Source: a virus
Lineage: Duplodnaviria > Caudoviricetes
DNA length: 64,000 nucleotides
Direction: 5' to 3' (one strand)
Virus record (IMG/VR): IMGVR_UViG_3300028601_000020
Under the pieces are notes generated by a model. That model was not told the DNA's origin and did no database searches. It worked only from the letters and a program-made list of their open reading frames with translations. The position numbers were made by a program, and so were the translations under genes. Shown in pieces: positions 48,771 through 58,427 of this stretch (position 1 is its first letter; the number at the start of each line of letters is the position of its first letter).

Positions 48771-50297
48771 ATGAACCAATACTTGACAGTTTCAAGACAC
48801 AAAAACTGTATTTATTCAAAAGAGGTTGATCAGGATTCAAAAACAATTTATCTGAAAAAAATAACCAAATATCCTTTTCGTTTTTTTGGTCCGTCTAAAG
48901 AAAAAACGGGATGGATTGACGTAAAAGGAAAGCCGCTCAAAGAAATCAATGCTGATTCTGTTGCAGACTTCAAGAACAAAACAAAATCAGTCCTTGAATA
49001 TGGATACACGCTTTATGGAACAGATAAACTCGAATATCAATACATTTATGAAGAATTTAAAGACGTAACCCCGAAAAATGATCTTATTATATCAGGGTTT
49101 TTTGATATTGAAACAGCAAGGGACGAGATTACTGGTTATTCTTCGCCAGCAGAAGCAAAAAATGAAATTATATCCATTTCATTGGTTGTCAAAGATAAAA
49201 TTTATTATTGGGGAATGAAAGACTTATCAAGTGAATTTTGCAAGAAACTGAATTTTGAATATTTTTGGTTCATGAATGAAGACGAAATGTTGGTTCATTT
49301 TGCAACTTTCATTCGTAATTCGGGAATCACTGTTCTATCAGGATGGAATATTGTTCAGTATGATATTCCATATTTCATGAATCGTATGAATAATTTGGAG
49401 ATTGACAGAACAAAAATATCTCCTTTTGGTAAAGTGTTTGAACGTATGTTTAAAGATTCGTTCGGAAATGATGTTCAAACATTCAATATTGTCGGTATTG
49501 AGCTTCTTGATTACTTGGATCTTTATAAGAAATTTACTTACGTTACCCGCGACAATTACAAACTCAATACAATTGCACGGGTTGAACTACACGAAGAAAA
49601 AGTTGACTATTCAGAAGAAAGGAATCTTCAAGAGTTATATGAAAATGATTTTTACAAGTTCACTGAATACAACATTAAAGACTCTTTGTTAGTAAAACGA
49701 CTTGATGAAAAACTGAAACTAATTGACCTTTGTGTAACTATTGCATACAAGGCAAACGTGAATTTTGCAGACGCTCTTGGAACTGTAAAAATGTGGCAGT
49801 TTTATTTGTACAAAGAAATGTTGAATCAATACATGGTTCCTCCGATGAAACCGCAGAACACGGATGATTCGTCAATTATCGGTGCTTTTGTAAAAGATCC
49901 TCTTGTAGGAATGCACGAATGGATTGTTTCGTTTGACTTGGCTTCTCTGTATCCTCATAATCAAATGGGCTGTAATATCAGTCCAGATACTTTGCTTGAT
50001 GACGATGAACTTCCTTCTGAGGTTCTTGATTTACGAAAGAAAATAATGTCAGAGTACCAAACGCTTGAAAATATTATTGAAGCGTTATCAAAGAAACAAA
50101 TTGACTTAACAATCTTAAAGAAATATGATATAGGCATGACACCGAATGTCCAGTTTTATAAACGCGACAAACAAGGATTCATTCCCGAAATTCTTCATAA
50201 AGTTTATGATGACCGATCAAAAGCGAAAAAGAAAATGCTCTTGAAAAAGCAGGAATTAGAAAACCTCAAAGCGGAGTATAAGCATTATGAAAATTAA
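48771..50297 (+). CDS. gp43A: family B DNA polymerase, N-terminal subunit (exonuclease, motif A, first finger helix)
   Basis: FDIET, GWNIVQYDIPY, YNIKD, GAFVKDP, SFDLASLYP, GFIP; ends after RSKAKKKM. Confidence 0.93.
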   Translation: MNQYLTVSRHKNCIYSKEVDQDSKTIYLKKITKYPFRFFGPSKEKTGWIDVKGKPLKEINADSVADFKNKTKSVLEYGYTLYGTDKLEYQYIYEEFKDVTPKNDLIISGFFDIETARDEITGYSSPAEAKNEIISISLVVKDKIYYWGMKDLSSEFCKKLNFEYFWFMNEDEMLVHFATFIRNSGITVLSGWNIVQYDIPYFMNRMNNLEIDRTKISPFGKVFERMFKDSFGNDVQTFNIVGIELLDYLDLYKKFTYVTRDNYKLNTIARVELHEEKVDYSEERNLQELYENDFYKFTEYNIKDSLLVKRLDEKLKLIDLCVTIAYKANVNFADALGTVKMWQFYLYKEMLNQYMVPPMKPQNTDDSSIIGAFVKDPLVGMHEWIVSFDLASLYPHNQMGCNISPDTLLDDDELPSEVLDLRKKIMSEYQTLENIIEALSKKQIDLTILKKYDIGMTPNVQFYKRDKQGFIPEILHKVYDDRSKAKKKMLLKKQELENLKAEYKHYEN

Positions 50298-50484
50298 AGT
50301 TATACAATGTCCATTGTGTTGCATGGAGTTGCCTGTTGAAATCTTTTTACATCATATGGCATCGGATCATGATATTGAAGCAAGTTCACTTCAGGAAGTA
50401 AACGACAGATTAAAAAATGTTGGGTTTCCAAATATTGAAATTTACGAAACTGACAATTCAGAAGAGAAACGGTTCTTTGTATGA
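50287..50484 (+). CDS. small C2H2-like protein between the polymerase halves
   Basis: CPLC...HMASDH; overlaps both neighbours. Confidence 0.55.
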   Translation: MKIKVIQCPLCCMELPVEIFLHHMASDHDIEASSLQEVNDRLKNVGFPNIEIYETDNSEEKRFFV

Positions 50485-51801
50485 AACTGACTAAAGAAGA
50501 ATACTTTAAAAAGAAAAATGAGCTTGAATCAGAAATTGCTCAATTAAATGCCTATCAAATGGCAGCTAAAATCATGATGAACAGTTGATAAAATTTGCTG
50601 TTCTAAAACTCCTCTAATTCAGGGAACCTCCTTAAAATCAAGGACAATCCTGAGCCAAGACCAGAATGGTACGGTGCAACGACTAGCCGAAAGGCGTAGG
50701 GTGTAAGCGAATGACACCCGAAACGGGGAGGGACAGAAAACGTCCAAGATATAGTCTGATCTATATGGCAACATATAGCTGGATTCGTTCCGGGGCAAGA
50801 TTTGCGCTCTTGTTTGAACATAGATGGAATATGGAGCAATGGCCAATGCAAATTTTATTTTTTACGATTCAAGAAATGCTGAGGCTATCACGTCAACAGG
50901 ACAGGTGGCAATTAAATTCATTGAAAGAAAGTTCAATGAATACTTCCACAAATTGCTTGGTACTGATACTGATGTTGTCTTGGCAGTGGATACCGACTCA
51001 AATTATCTTCGTTTCGGCCCTGTTGTCAGAAAGTTTTTTAAGAACAAATCAGAAGCCGAAATTGTTGATTTGCTTGATAAGATAGCAAATGAACAGATTC
51101 AGCCTTATATTGATAAGTCTTATCATGAATTGTCTGATTATTTGAATTCATTTGATATGCAATGGAAAATGAAACGGGAAGCAATTGCTTCAAAAGGTGT
51201 TTTTGTTGCAAAAAAGCGTTATTTCATGCATATTTTGGATGATGAAGGAGTCAGAATGAAATCTCCAAAATTGAAAGTGACAGGACTTGAAGCGGTTCGT
51301 TCAAGCACTCCTGAAATTTGTCGTGAAGCATTAAAGAAAGCAATGAAAATCATTCTTGATAAAAATGAGGAAGCAGTTCAGCGATTTATTCAAGAATTTA
51401 AAAAAGAATTCTTTGAGGCTCATGTCCTTGATATTTGTTTTCCTCGTTCTGTGTCAGATATTGAAAAGTGGATTGATTCGTCTGGCAATGCTTTGAAAGG
51501 AATGCCTATTGCGGTTCGTGGTGCTTATGTTTATAATAAAACAATTAGGGCGATTGACCAGAAAGAAGAAACCATTAAATCGGGTGATAAAGTTTCTTTT
51601 GTGTACATGAAGCAGCCGAACAGATTTAAATCAAACGTTTTGGCGTTTCCTAATTATATTCCGAAGTGTCTTGAAATAGAAGATACTGAAATTGACAAAA
51701 ACACCCAATTTGAAAAATCTTTCTTGACTTCATTGAGGATCATTCTTGGTGTTGTCGGATGGAAAGAGGAAGTCGTGAACGATTTGACCGCGTTTTTCTG
51801 A
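50481..51801 (+). CDS. gp43B: family B DNA polymerase, C-terminal subunit; spliced join(50481..50585,50827..51801)
   Basis: Exon 1 ends QMAAKIMMNS; exon 2 reads EYGAMAN...AITSTGQ, DTDS, KKRY, GLEAVRSSTP; the join restores KxxxNSxYG. Confidence 0.88.
50586..50826 (+). ncRNA. group I self-splicing intron, 241 nt, no ORF
   Basis: P1 exon AACAGU with IGS GCUGUU (U-G at the splice site); P7 GACTA/TAGTC with AAGATATAGTC; terminal G. Confidence 0.9.
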
Positions 51802-51954
51802 TAGAGATAATTTACGAAGAATAAATACATATAAGGCGAGGAATACGAATATGAAAACGAAAAAACTCAAAATCAGGATTCCTATTCCTCGCCCCGGTGT
51901 TCCGTTTAAACACAAAAAACGGTATTCGCGTAAATCAAAACACAAAAGAGAAAA

Positions 51955-52410
51955 ATGCTCAAATTACAACGATTGATTCAGGAAGCCAGAATTGTTGGCA
52001 AAATTGAACTGCAAGGTGGAAAGAAGGATGATCGTGGATCGTCTTCTGGAAAAGTTTCACAGTCTGATTTGAAAGAACTCGAAAAAGTTCTTGACAAATT
52101 GTTTGCGACTGTTAAAATTGATGTGGAATTTACCCGCCATTTCTTGGATCGCGTAAATGATCCAAGAAACAAAAAGCAAATCACAATTGAAGAACTTCGG
52201 TCACTCTTTCAGAAAACGTATCAGAAATATAAAGATCGTCTTGTGAAAATGGGGCCAGATACGGAAGCTGTCTTGAACGATTTGCAAACAGATATTAATA
52301 CCCCATTTGCCCTTGTATGGGACAAGAAAAACAATGAACTTGATCTTGTGGCAAAAACCACAATGAGAAAGAAAGATTTTAAGACTAGTAACGTTAAACT
52401 GAAAGTTTAA
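51955..52410 (+). CDS. hypothetical protein, possible virion protein
   Basis: DVEFTRHFLDRVNDPRN...KTTMRKKDF. Confidence 0.7.
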   Translation: MLKLQRLIQEARIVGKIELQGGKKDDRGSSSGKVSQSDLKELEKVLDKLFATVKIDVEFTRHFLDRVNDPRNKKQITIEELRSLFQKTYQKYKDRLVKMGPDTEAVLNDLQTDINTPFALVWDKKNNELDLVAKTTMRKKDFKTSNVKLKV

Positions 52411-52435
52411 TTATTAACATTAAATAGGTGATTTT

Positions 52436-52795
52436 ATGACTCTTTTAAGGGTTAAAGTGGCTGTTATTGGTTCAAGAAATTTCAATGATTATGAACTTGT
52501 CAAGAAAACTCTTGATGAAATGAACATTTCGTTAATCGTTTCTGGTGGCGCAAAAGGTGCTGATTCTTTTGGTGAAAAATACGCCAAAGAGAAAGACATT
52601 AATACGCTTATTTTCTATCCTGATTGGAAGAAATACGGAAAAGCCGCTGGGATGATAAGAAACACCGAAATCGTCAAAAATTCTGATATCATTGTTGCTT
52701 TTTGGGATGGTGTTTCAAAAGGAACAAAGGATTCAATTAATAAAGCAAAAAAATTAAACAAACAAGTCAAGGTGGTATTGTTTGAAAACGTTTAA
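52436..52795 (+). CDS. SLOG-superfamily (DUF2493/YspA-like) protein
   Basis: AVIGSRNF, IVSGGAKGAD, PDWKKYGKAAGMIRN, AFWDGVSKGT. Confidence 0.88.
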   Translation: MTLLRVKVAVIGSRNFNDYELVKKTLDEMNISLIVSGGAKGADSFGEKYAKEKDINTLIFYPDWKKYGKAAGMIRNTEIVKNSDIIVAFWDGVSKGTKDSINKAKKLNKQVKVVLFENV

Positions 52796-53561
52796 AGATT
52801 TCCAGAATGATCTTGATGAAGCCTTTAAGATGAAAGATGGAAAAGTTCAGTTTGATTATAAATCAGACGATCCTGAAGGTATTTCATCAAGATTAGGTAA
52901 AACTGTAGGCAAGTTGCGAAAATTTGAACCTTATGTTACGACAACACAAACGTCCACAAAACATAAAGTTTTTTCTGTTTACAGTTCTCAAGGTCCAAAC
53001 TCGACCACAATTCTTAAAGGGCTCAAAAAGCATACAGGCGAAGTTGACGCAAATGAATACGAACAGTTCCTCAAACGGACTGGTCTGTTCATTACTGCAA
53101 AAATAATGAAGAAAGAAAATATTGACATTGTTGTTTATCCTGCAAGCTCGTCCAATCTTATTAATGATGTAGTTGAAAACATAAAAGACAGAAGTTCCGG
53201 TATTAAGGTTTTTTCAAACTCATTTGTCAAGACAATTCCTTCAAAGATTGAAATTGATCGGGATGATCCAAAAATCACTCCTGAAATGATCAAATATCTT
53301 GAAAAAGAAATGGAGAAAGCAAAAAAAGCTGGTTACTTCGCAATGAAAGAAATCAAACAAGTCAGAGCAAGAAAATTCATTAAAAACTTTCTTGAACTTG
53401 CTCCTGATCCTCGTTTGAGAAAGTCTCTTGAAGGAAGAAATATTATGGTGATGGATGATGTTCTTGCGTCAGGAAATACTCTTGCTGAAATGTGTCGGCA
53501 AATTGAAATGTACTCTCCTAATAAAGTTATTATCGTAACTTTGTTCAAATCTGCAAAATAA
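52782..53561 (+). CDS. type I phosphoribosyltransferase-fold protein
   Basis: IMVMDDVLASGNTL PRPP-binding loop; PASSS; CTS-like start. Confidence 0.8.
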   Translation: MKTFKDFQNDLDEAFKMKDGKVQFDYKSDDPEGISSRLGKTVGKLRKFEPYVTTTQTSTKHKVFSVYSSQGPNSTTILKGLKKHTGEVDANEYEQFLKRTGLFITAKIMKKENIDIVVYPASSSNLINDVVENIKDRSSGIKVFSNSFVKTIPSKIEIDRDDPKITPEMIKYLEKEMEKAKKAGYFAMKEIKQVRARKFIKNFLELAPDPRLRKSLEGRNIMVMDDVLASGNTLAEMCRQIEMYSPNKVIIVTLFKSAK

Positions 53562-53571
53562 GAGGAATATC

Positions 53572-54135
53572 ATGAAAACAGCCATTGTTACATACGGAAG
53601 ATTCAATCCTGTAACGAAAGGCCATATGAAGATGTTTACGAAAATGCATTCTTTGAAAGTTAAAGAAGGCGGAGACTTATACGTTTTCCCTTCAAGACAA
53701 GAAAAGAATTCAACAAATCCTCTGTCTTTTCACGACAAGAAAGGATTGCTGAAACGGGTTCTTCCGGGATTTATTATTTTTGACAACATTAAAGTCCGTA
53801 CTCCTTATGATGCAATGAAATATTTGTCCAATAAAGGATATGGGAAAGTTATTTTTGTTGTTGGCGAAGATAGGATTCATATGGCAAAGAACATTGAAAA
53901 ATATATTAATCACCCTGATCCTGAAAAGTCTTTTTTCTTTACAGAATATATTGTTGTGAATGCAGGAAAACGGAAACCAGAATCAAATGGAATTATTGGA
54001 ATTTCCGGTTCTAAAGTTAGACAATTTGCATTTGATAATGAATATGAAAAATTCAGGAAAGATTTCGTTGATATGCCGGATGAATTTGTAAAACAATATT
54101 TCAAGAAAATCAAAACAGCAATGGCAAAAGAATGA
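53572..54135 (+). CDS. HIGH-family nucleotidyltransferase (cytidylyltransferase-like)
   Basis: GRFNPVTKGH, NPLSF, VVGEDR, GISGSKVR. Confidence 0.85.
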   Translation: MKTAIVTYGRFNPVTKGHMKMFTKMHSLKVKEGGDLYVFPSRQEKNSTNPLSFHDKKGLLKRVLPGFIIFDNIKVRTPYDAMKYLSNKGYGKVIFVVGEDRIHMAKNIEKYINHPDPEKSFFFTEYIVVNAGKRKPESNGIIGISGSKVRQFAFDNEYEKFRKDFVDMPDEFVKQYFKKIKTAMAKE

Positions 54136-55583
54136 AAGGTTTTTTAGAATACTTGACAGAGTTATCAATCCAAGCAGCGGCAAGTTTTGCTGCCACTTAT
54201 CATAAAGGACAGACAAGAAAACTTTCCGGGGATCCTTATGTGGTACACCCGGAAGCTGTTTTCAATTCAATTAAGAAACTTGGTATCAAAGATAGAAATA
54301 TATTGACCGCTATTTATATTTGCAATTATTTCCGTGCCATCTTTTATAATTTGCACGATCAAATGATTTACCACAAAATTCACAATTAATTTTATTTGAT
54401 GATCTATTCGGGTTTAATTTGCAATTATCATTATGGTGTATTTTTAAATTTGCAGTATCCATTTTCACTCCACAATAAATGCATATGTCATAATGAAGCT
54501 TTCGTTTTTCTCTAATGGTTCTATTGGGATTATATTTACAAAATTCACCATGAAATTGAAATCCGTTAGAGGGTATATATTTATTACAATGTTCACAAAA
54601 TATTAATTCCGGAGATTTTCTGTTTTTATAAGGACTTTCTTTTCTATTAGGATTATGTTTACAAAATTCGCCATGCCACATTTTAAAATTAGAAGTTAGA
54701 ATAAATTCTTCACAAAATTCACAAAAAGTAAACCTAGAAGATTTACGCAAATCTCTATTAGGATTATGTTTACAAAATTCGCCATGATGTTGAGAATAAT
54801 GTAAAATATCAGTTTCTATTTTACAAAATTCGCAAATATAAGGGATGTTGAAATTGTTCATTCCAACATAGGCAAATAACATTTTACATTTAAATTTATT
54901 TTTTGAAAATATCTTTGGTATTAATTTATGAATTTCTAAATGATTGGAAATAGAAACTCCAATTAAATTTCTGTTATCATTTTTTAATTCTGGAAAAATT
55001 GATTTGGGCAGAATGTGATGAATATGATTTCGTGTATCATTTGTTGATGATATCAATAAATTATAATATTCATCCATAAAAGTTTCATTTGAATTTTTAT
55101 CAACATTTTTGAAATAATTGTTGATTTCTTCTTTTGTATAAATATTTTTATATAATGACATTTTAATCTCCTTTTGTTTATAATATTATTTATACTTTTG
55201 GAAAATATGATACTGTTGAAGACACCCCAGCAACTTATAATAAAATCAAAAATGAGTTTAATAAAGAGGTTGCTGATCTTGTCAAAGAGTTAACCAGTTC
55301 AGACAAAGAAATCAAGACAATGGGCAAACCTGAGTATCTTGCAAAGAAAATGATTCAAATGTCAGATAATGCTCTGGTTATCAAGCTGGCAGACAGGTGG
55401 CATAATATTCAGGATGTTTTTCAAATGCCAGAGAACAAAGCCAAGAAAATGATCATGCAGACAAATTTTATTCTTGGCGAACTGAAAGCAAAGAGAAATT
55501 TGAACAAAAATCACAAAAAAATCATCCGAGAAATTGAAAAAACACTTGAAAGAAGCGGAGTCACTGTGTATAGTCTTAATTGA
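54132..55583 (+). pseudogene. RelA/SpoT-type HD hydrolase interrupted at its HD motif
   Basis: 5' part HKGQTRKLSGDPYVVHP...LTAIY; 3' part from about 55210 DTVEDT...EFNKEVADLVKELT...IKLADRWHN. Confidence 0.8.
54310..55161 (-). CDS. HNH endonuclease with repeated CxxC...H...C zinc modules
   Basis: HIHHILPKSIFP...NLI...H; CEFC...HGEFCKHNPNR repeats; minus-strand TATAAATA and AGGAG. Confidence 0.85.
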   Translation of the reverse strand: MSLYKNIYTKEEINNYFKNVDKNSNETFMDEYYNLLISSTNDTRNHIHHILPKSIFPELKNDNRNLIGVSISNHLEIHKLIPKIFSKNKFKCKMLFAYVGMNNFNIPYICEFCKIETDILHYSQHHGEFCKHNPNRDLRKSSRFTFCEFCEEFILTSNFKMWHGEFCKHNPNRKESPYKNRKSPELIFCEHCNKYIPSNGFQFHGEFCKYNPNRTIREKRKLHYDICIYCGVKMDTANLKIHHNDNCKLNPNRSSNKINCEFCGKSFDRANYKRWHGNNCKYK

Positions 55584-55773
55584 GAGTTGAGGGTTAGTTG
55601 ATTAAATGATTTTTTAATGATTTTTGTGAGGTTCAAAATGATTGCTTCCGCTCTTCGTATTGTTGAAATGCTTAAAAACGCAATTTTTTGGAACGCCGTT
55701 CTTGCCAGTGTTTTGATGCTGCAAGTCGGTTTTGTTAAAGTTATGTGTGAACTCTTCATTTAAGGAGATAGTT

Positions 55774-56028
55774 ATGAAAGACATGAAAGATATGAATGTT
55801 CAAGAAAGAATTGCCCGAATCAATGAACTTCGTGAAGAATTGGAAAACCATTGTATGTGCGCTGATTTCATGGATCGTGGTAATGTTTATGTTGTGATTT
55901 ATCCTCCCGGTTATACCAATTATCAGGGAATTCAGCACAACTTGGACAAAGGAAAAATTCATGCACTTGAACAGCTAATTAAACGCTGCGAAGATGATTG
56001 GCAAGAGTCCATGTTTTGGAAAAATTAA
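55774..56028 (+). CDS. hypothetical protein
   Basis: AAGGAG RBS, MKDMKD start. Confidence 0.55.
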   Translation: MKDMKDMNVQERIARINELREELENHCMCADFMDRGNVYVVIYPPGYTNYQGIQHNLDKGKIHALEQLIKRCEDDWQESMFWKN

Positions 56029-56052
56029 ATCCAAGAATCAAGAAACAAAAAA

Positions 56053-57072
56053 ATGAAAAATTATAAAAATTTTATAATGGAAATCAAAATGACAGTCCAA
56101 GATGCCTTGAAGGTGTTTGGGCTTACTTCTGTTCCTACTGACAAGGAACTTTCAATTCGTTATAAAGAACTTGCAAAAAAGTTTCATCCGGATCGTGGTG
56201 GTTCTGTCTCTGATATGCAACGGTTGAATGCCGCGAACGATTACTTGAAAAGTTATGCCGGAACCGATCACCAACAAGCGTTTACTTCTTATAAAGATTC
56301 AGCAAAAGAATACTGGGCACTGGCCGCAGGAGTAAAAGCGATTCTCAAGAAAAAATTTAAGCCCGAAGTGTACACGGCTTATTTTGAGAATATCTTTCAA
56401 AAACGCTTTACTGCAACTGTGAATTTTTATCCAGAAAAGACAAGCGGAACCCATCCGTATTATGCTGGTTTGAAAGCAAAGTTTTCATCGGACGATGGTG
56501 AGTCTTATTTTGATCTTGATATCTCCATTTATCTGACTGATATGCGCCGGAATACAAGTCTTTCTGGAGCAGATATTGACATTAACTTGCATGTTGTGGC
56601 TTATGGGTTCCACAATAATCGTAAGCAAAAAATGGCACAAAGAGATTGGAAATATACCAATACTCATTCAATTCTTGAAGATCCTAAATCGGTCTTTCCT
56701 GAAGCAAAATTGAAAAAAAGCATTTCAGCAAAAAACAAGAAATTCACACGAAAAGACGCCCAGCTTTTCTTGGAGAAGAAACTGAATGCTAATGTTACAA
56801 ATGATTGTGCGTGGATTCCGCTTGAGGATGGCATTCAAATTGTAATTTGTCGTCAAGTCTATATGCGGGTGCCTGTTTGGATTCCTAATGGAATTTATAA
56901 GAAAGGCAACATGATAAGCAAACGTGTCCGAATGTTGTCTGTGTGGACCATGCCAGAAACCGAAGCTGCCATGAAAGAACTTGAAAAACTGATAAATAAA
57001 GCAAAGAAGACAACAGATTTGGATGAAATTGACAAAATTCTCCATAACCTCAAAAACACAAAATTTGAATGA
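56053..57072 (+). CDS. J-domain (DnaJ-like) protein
   Basis: ALKVFGL...YKELAKKFHPDRGG...MQRLNAA; CTS-like MKNYKNFIME. Confidence 0.85.
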   Translation: MKNYKNFIMEIKMTVQDALKVFGLTSVPTDKELSIRYKELAKKFHPDRGGSVSDMQRLNAANDYLKSYAGTDHQQAFTSYKDSAKEYWALAAGVKAILKKKFKPEVYTAYFENIFQKRFTATVNFYPEKTSGTHPYYAGLKAKFSSDDGESYFDLDISIYLTDMRRNTSLSGADIDINLHVVAYGFHNNRKQKMAQRDWKYTNTHSILEDPKSVFPEAKLKKSISAKNKKFTRKDAQLFLEKKLNANVTNDCAWIPLEDGIQIVICRQVYMRVPVWIPNGIYKKGNMISKRVRMLSVWTMPETEAAMKELEKLINKAKKTTDLDEIDKILHNLKNTKFE

Positions 57073-57518
57073 TTCATAGAATAAAGGCTTTCAGAGATTA
57101 TCTGAAAGAACAAACCATTACGATTCAAGGCAAGAAACTTGATTTGACTGTTCCTAAAAGAGCGGTCAAATCAAGCAAAATTGTTTTTGTTGATGCCAAT
57201 AAATTTGATTCAATGTACAAGAAAGAAGAAATGTATGTTGGTTCAAAAGGGAAAGGCGGAAACAGAGATAAATACAACAGAATCAATCTTTTTGTTTTTG
57301 GTGGGTATGAAGATGTAGGTGGAGGAATAAAAATTCCTTATAAACCGTTTTCTGGTACATTTGAAGTTTCAGAAGTTTCAGTTAGCAATGAAGGCCGTAT
57401 TTCTTTTACTGATGGGAGACATAGGTTCGCATGGTTTAAAGATTCAGGATTGAAAAAAATACCAGTAGCAATGAGCAAAGAATCAATTCAAAACGCCAAA
57501 AAATTTAATTTACTCTAA
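57069..57518 (+). CDS. ParB/Srx-like domain protein
   Basis: FTDGRHRF...IPVAM. Confidence 0.65.
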   Translation: MIHRIKAFRDYLKEQTITIQGKKLDLTVPKRAVKSSKIVFVDANKFDSMYKKEEMYVGSKGKGGNRDKYNRINLFVFGGYEDVGGGIKIPYKPFSGTFEVSEVSVSNEGRISFTDGRHRFAWFKDSGLKKIPVAMSKESIQNAKKFNLL

Positions 57519-57540
57519 AAGATGAAACACTACAAAGAAT

Positions 57541-58305
57541 TTATTGTTGAGGACAATTGTTAAAATGCCATCTTCTCATTGCTGGTATTCCGCCTGATTT
57601 TCCGCAATGGGGGCAAACAATTTTAGGTTTTATTTTTCCTTTGTTTTTTGATTGTTTTCCTAATTTAGCAAGTCTCGTTTTATTCCTTGTTTCTTCTGAA
57701 ATATGTTTACCAAACATAGGATTATTTTCACCAGATTTTGCTTTGCTCATTTTTTGTTTTGTTTCTTCAGACATGACTTTTCCATTATGAGAATCGCTCA
57801 TTTTTTGTTTAGTTTCTGAAGAGTGATTTTTTCCAAACAGAGGATGATTTACCCCAGTTTTTGCGATTCTCATTTTTTGTTTTGCTTCTTCAGACATGAC
57901 TTTTCCTTTATGTGCTTTACTTAATCGCTGTCTTGTTTCTTCTGATTTTATTATGCCTTTATGAGAATTGCTCATTTTTTGTTTAGTTTCTGAAGAAATT
58001 TTTGAAGCACCATAACCGCCTCCAATAACATTATATGTGTCGGTACGATTAATAAAATTTTCATCAACAAGTTCTTTCTCTTTCTGGTATGCTTTCTCAG
58101 GAGTATAAAAGACATGAAGAGTTTCACGGATGAAATTCTCTTTGCCGTATTTCTTTATTGCTCTGTTGATTCCAACCCCTGAACCGAAATATCCATCAAA
58201 TAAAATGGGGAAATGAAATTTCTGTTTATGTTTGCCAATATAAAATTTTCCGTTGACAAGATTGGTAGTTTTGTATACAATATAAATATGTTTAGATTCT
58301 GACAT
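57541..58305 (-). CDS. GIY-YIG (Seg-like) homing endonuclease
   Basis: First 43 aa identical to 20562..21356; NUMOD3 repeats; CPHCGK...WHFNNC. Confidence 0.9.
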   Translation of the reverse strand: MSESKHIYIVYKTTNLVNGKFYIGKHKQKFHFPILFDGYFGSGVGINRAIKKYGKENFIRETLHVFYTPEKAYQKEKELVDENFINRTDTYNVIGGGYGASKISSETKQKMSNSHKGIIKSEETRQRLSKAHKGKVMSEEAKQKMRIAKTGVNHPLFGKNHSSETKQKMSDSHNGKVMSEETKQKMSKAKSGENNPMFGKHISEETRNKTRLAKLGKQSKNKGKIKPKIVCPHCGKSGGIPAMRRWHFNNCPQQ

Positions 58306-58427
58306 GCTATACCTCGAATATAGATGTTGGGGTTTAGTCTTTCACAAGAATTGGCGTTCTTGTGAAAGACGTTATACATAGTATTTATAACAATTAACAA
58401 TTAACAATTATTAAAAAGATGAAAAAG

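Noticed and set aside
50603-51085. Short ORFs over the polymerase intron as a possible intron-encoded nuclease
   Set aside because: No nuclease motifs; they are incidental frames over structured RNA and exon 2
54400-54840. Spaced direct repeats (TAGGATTATGTTTACAAAATTCGCCATG) resembling a CRISPR array
   Set aside because: They encode zinc-module repeats of the HNH protein; spacing is irregular and no cas genes are present
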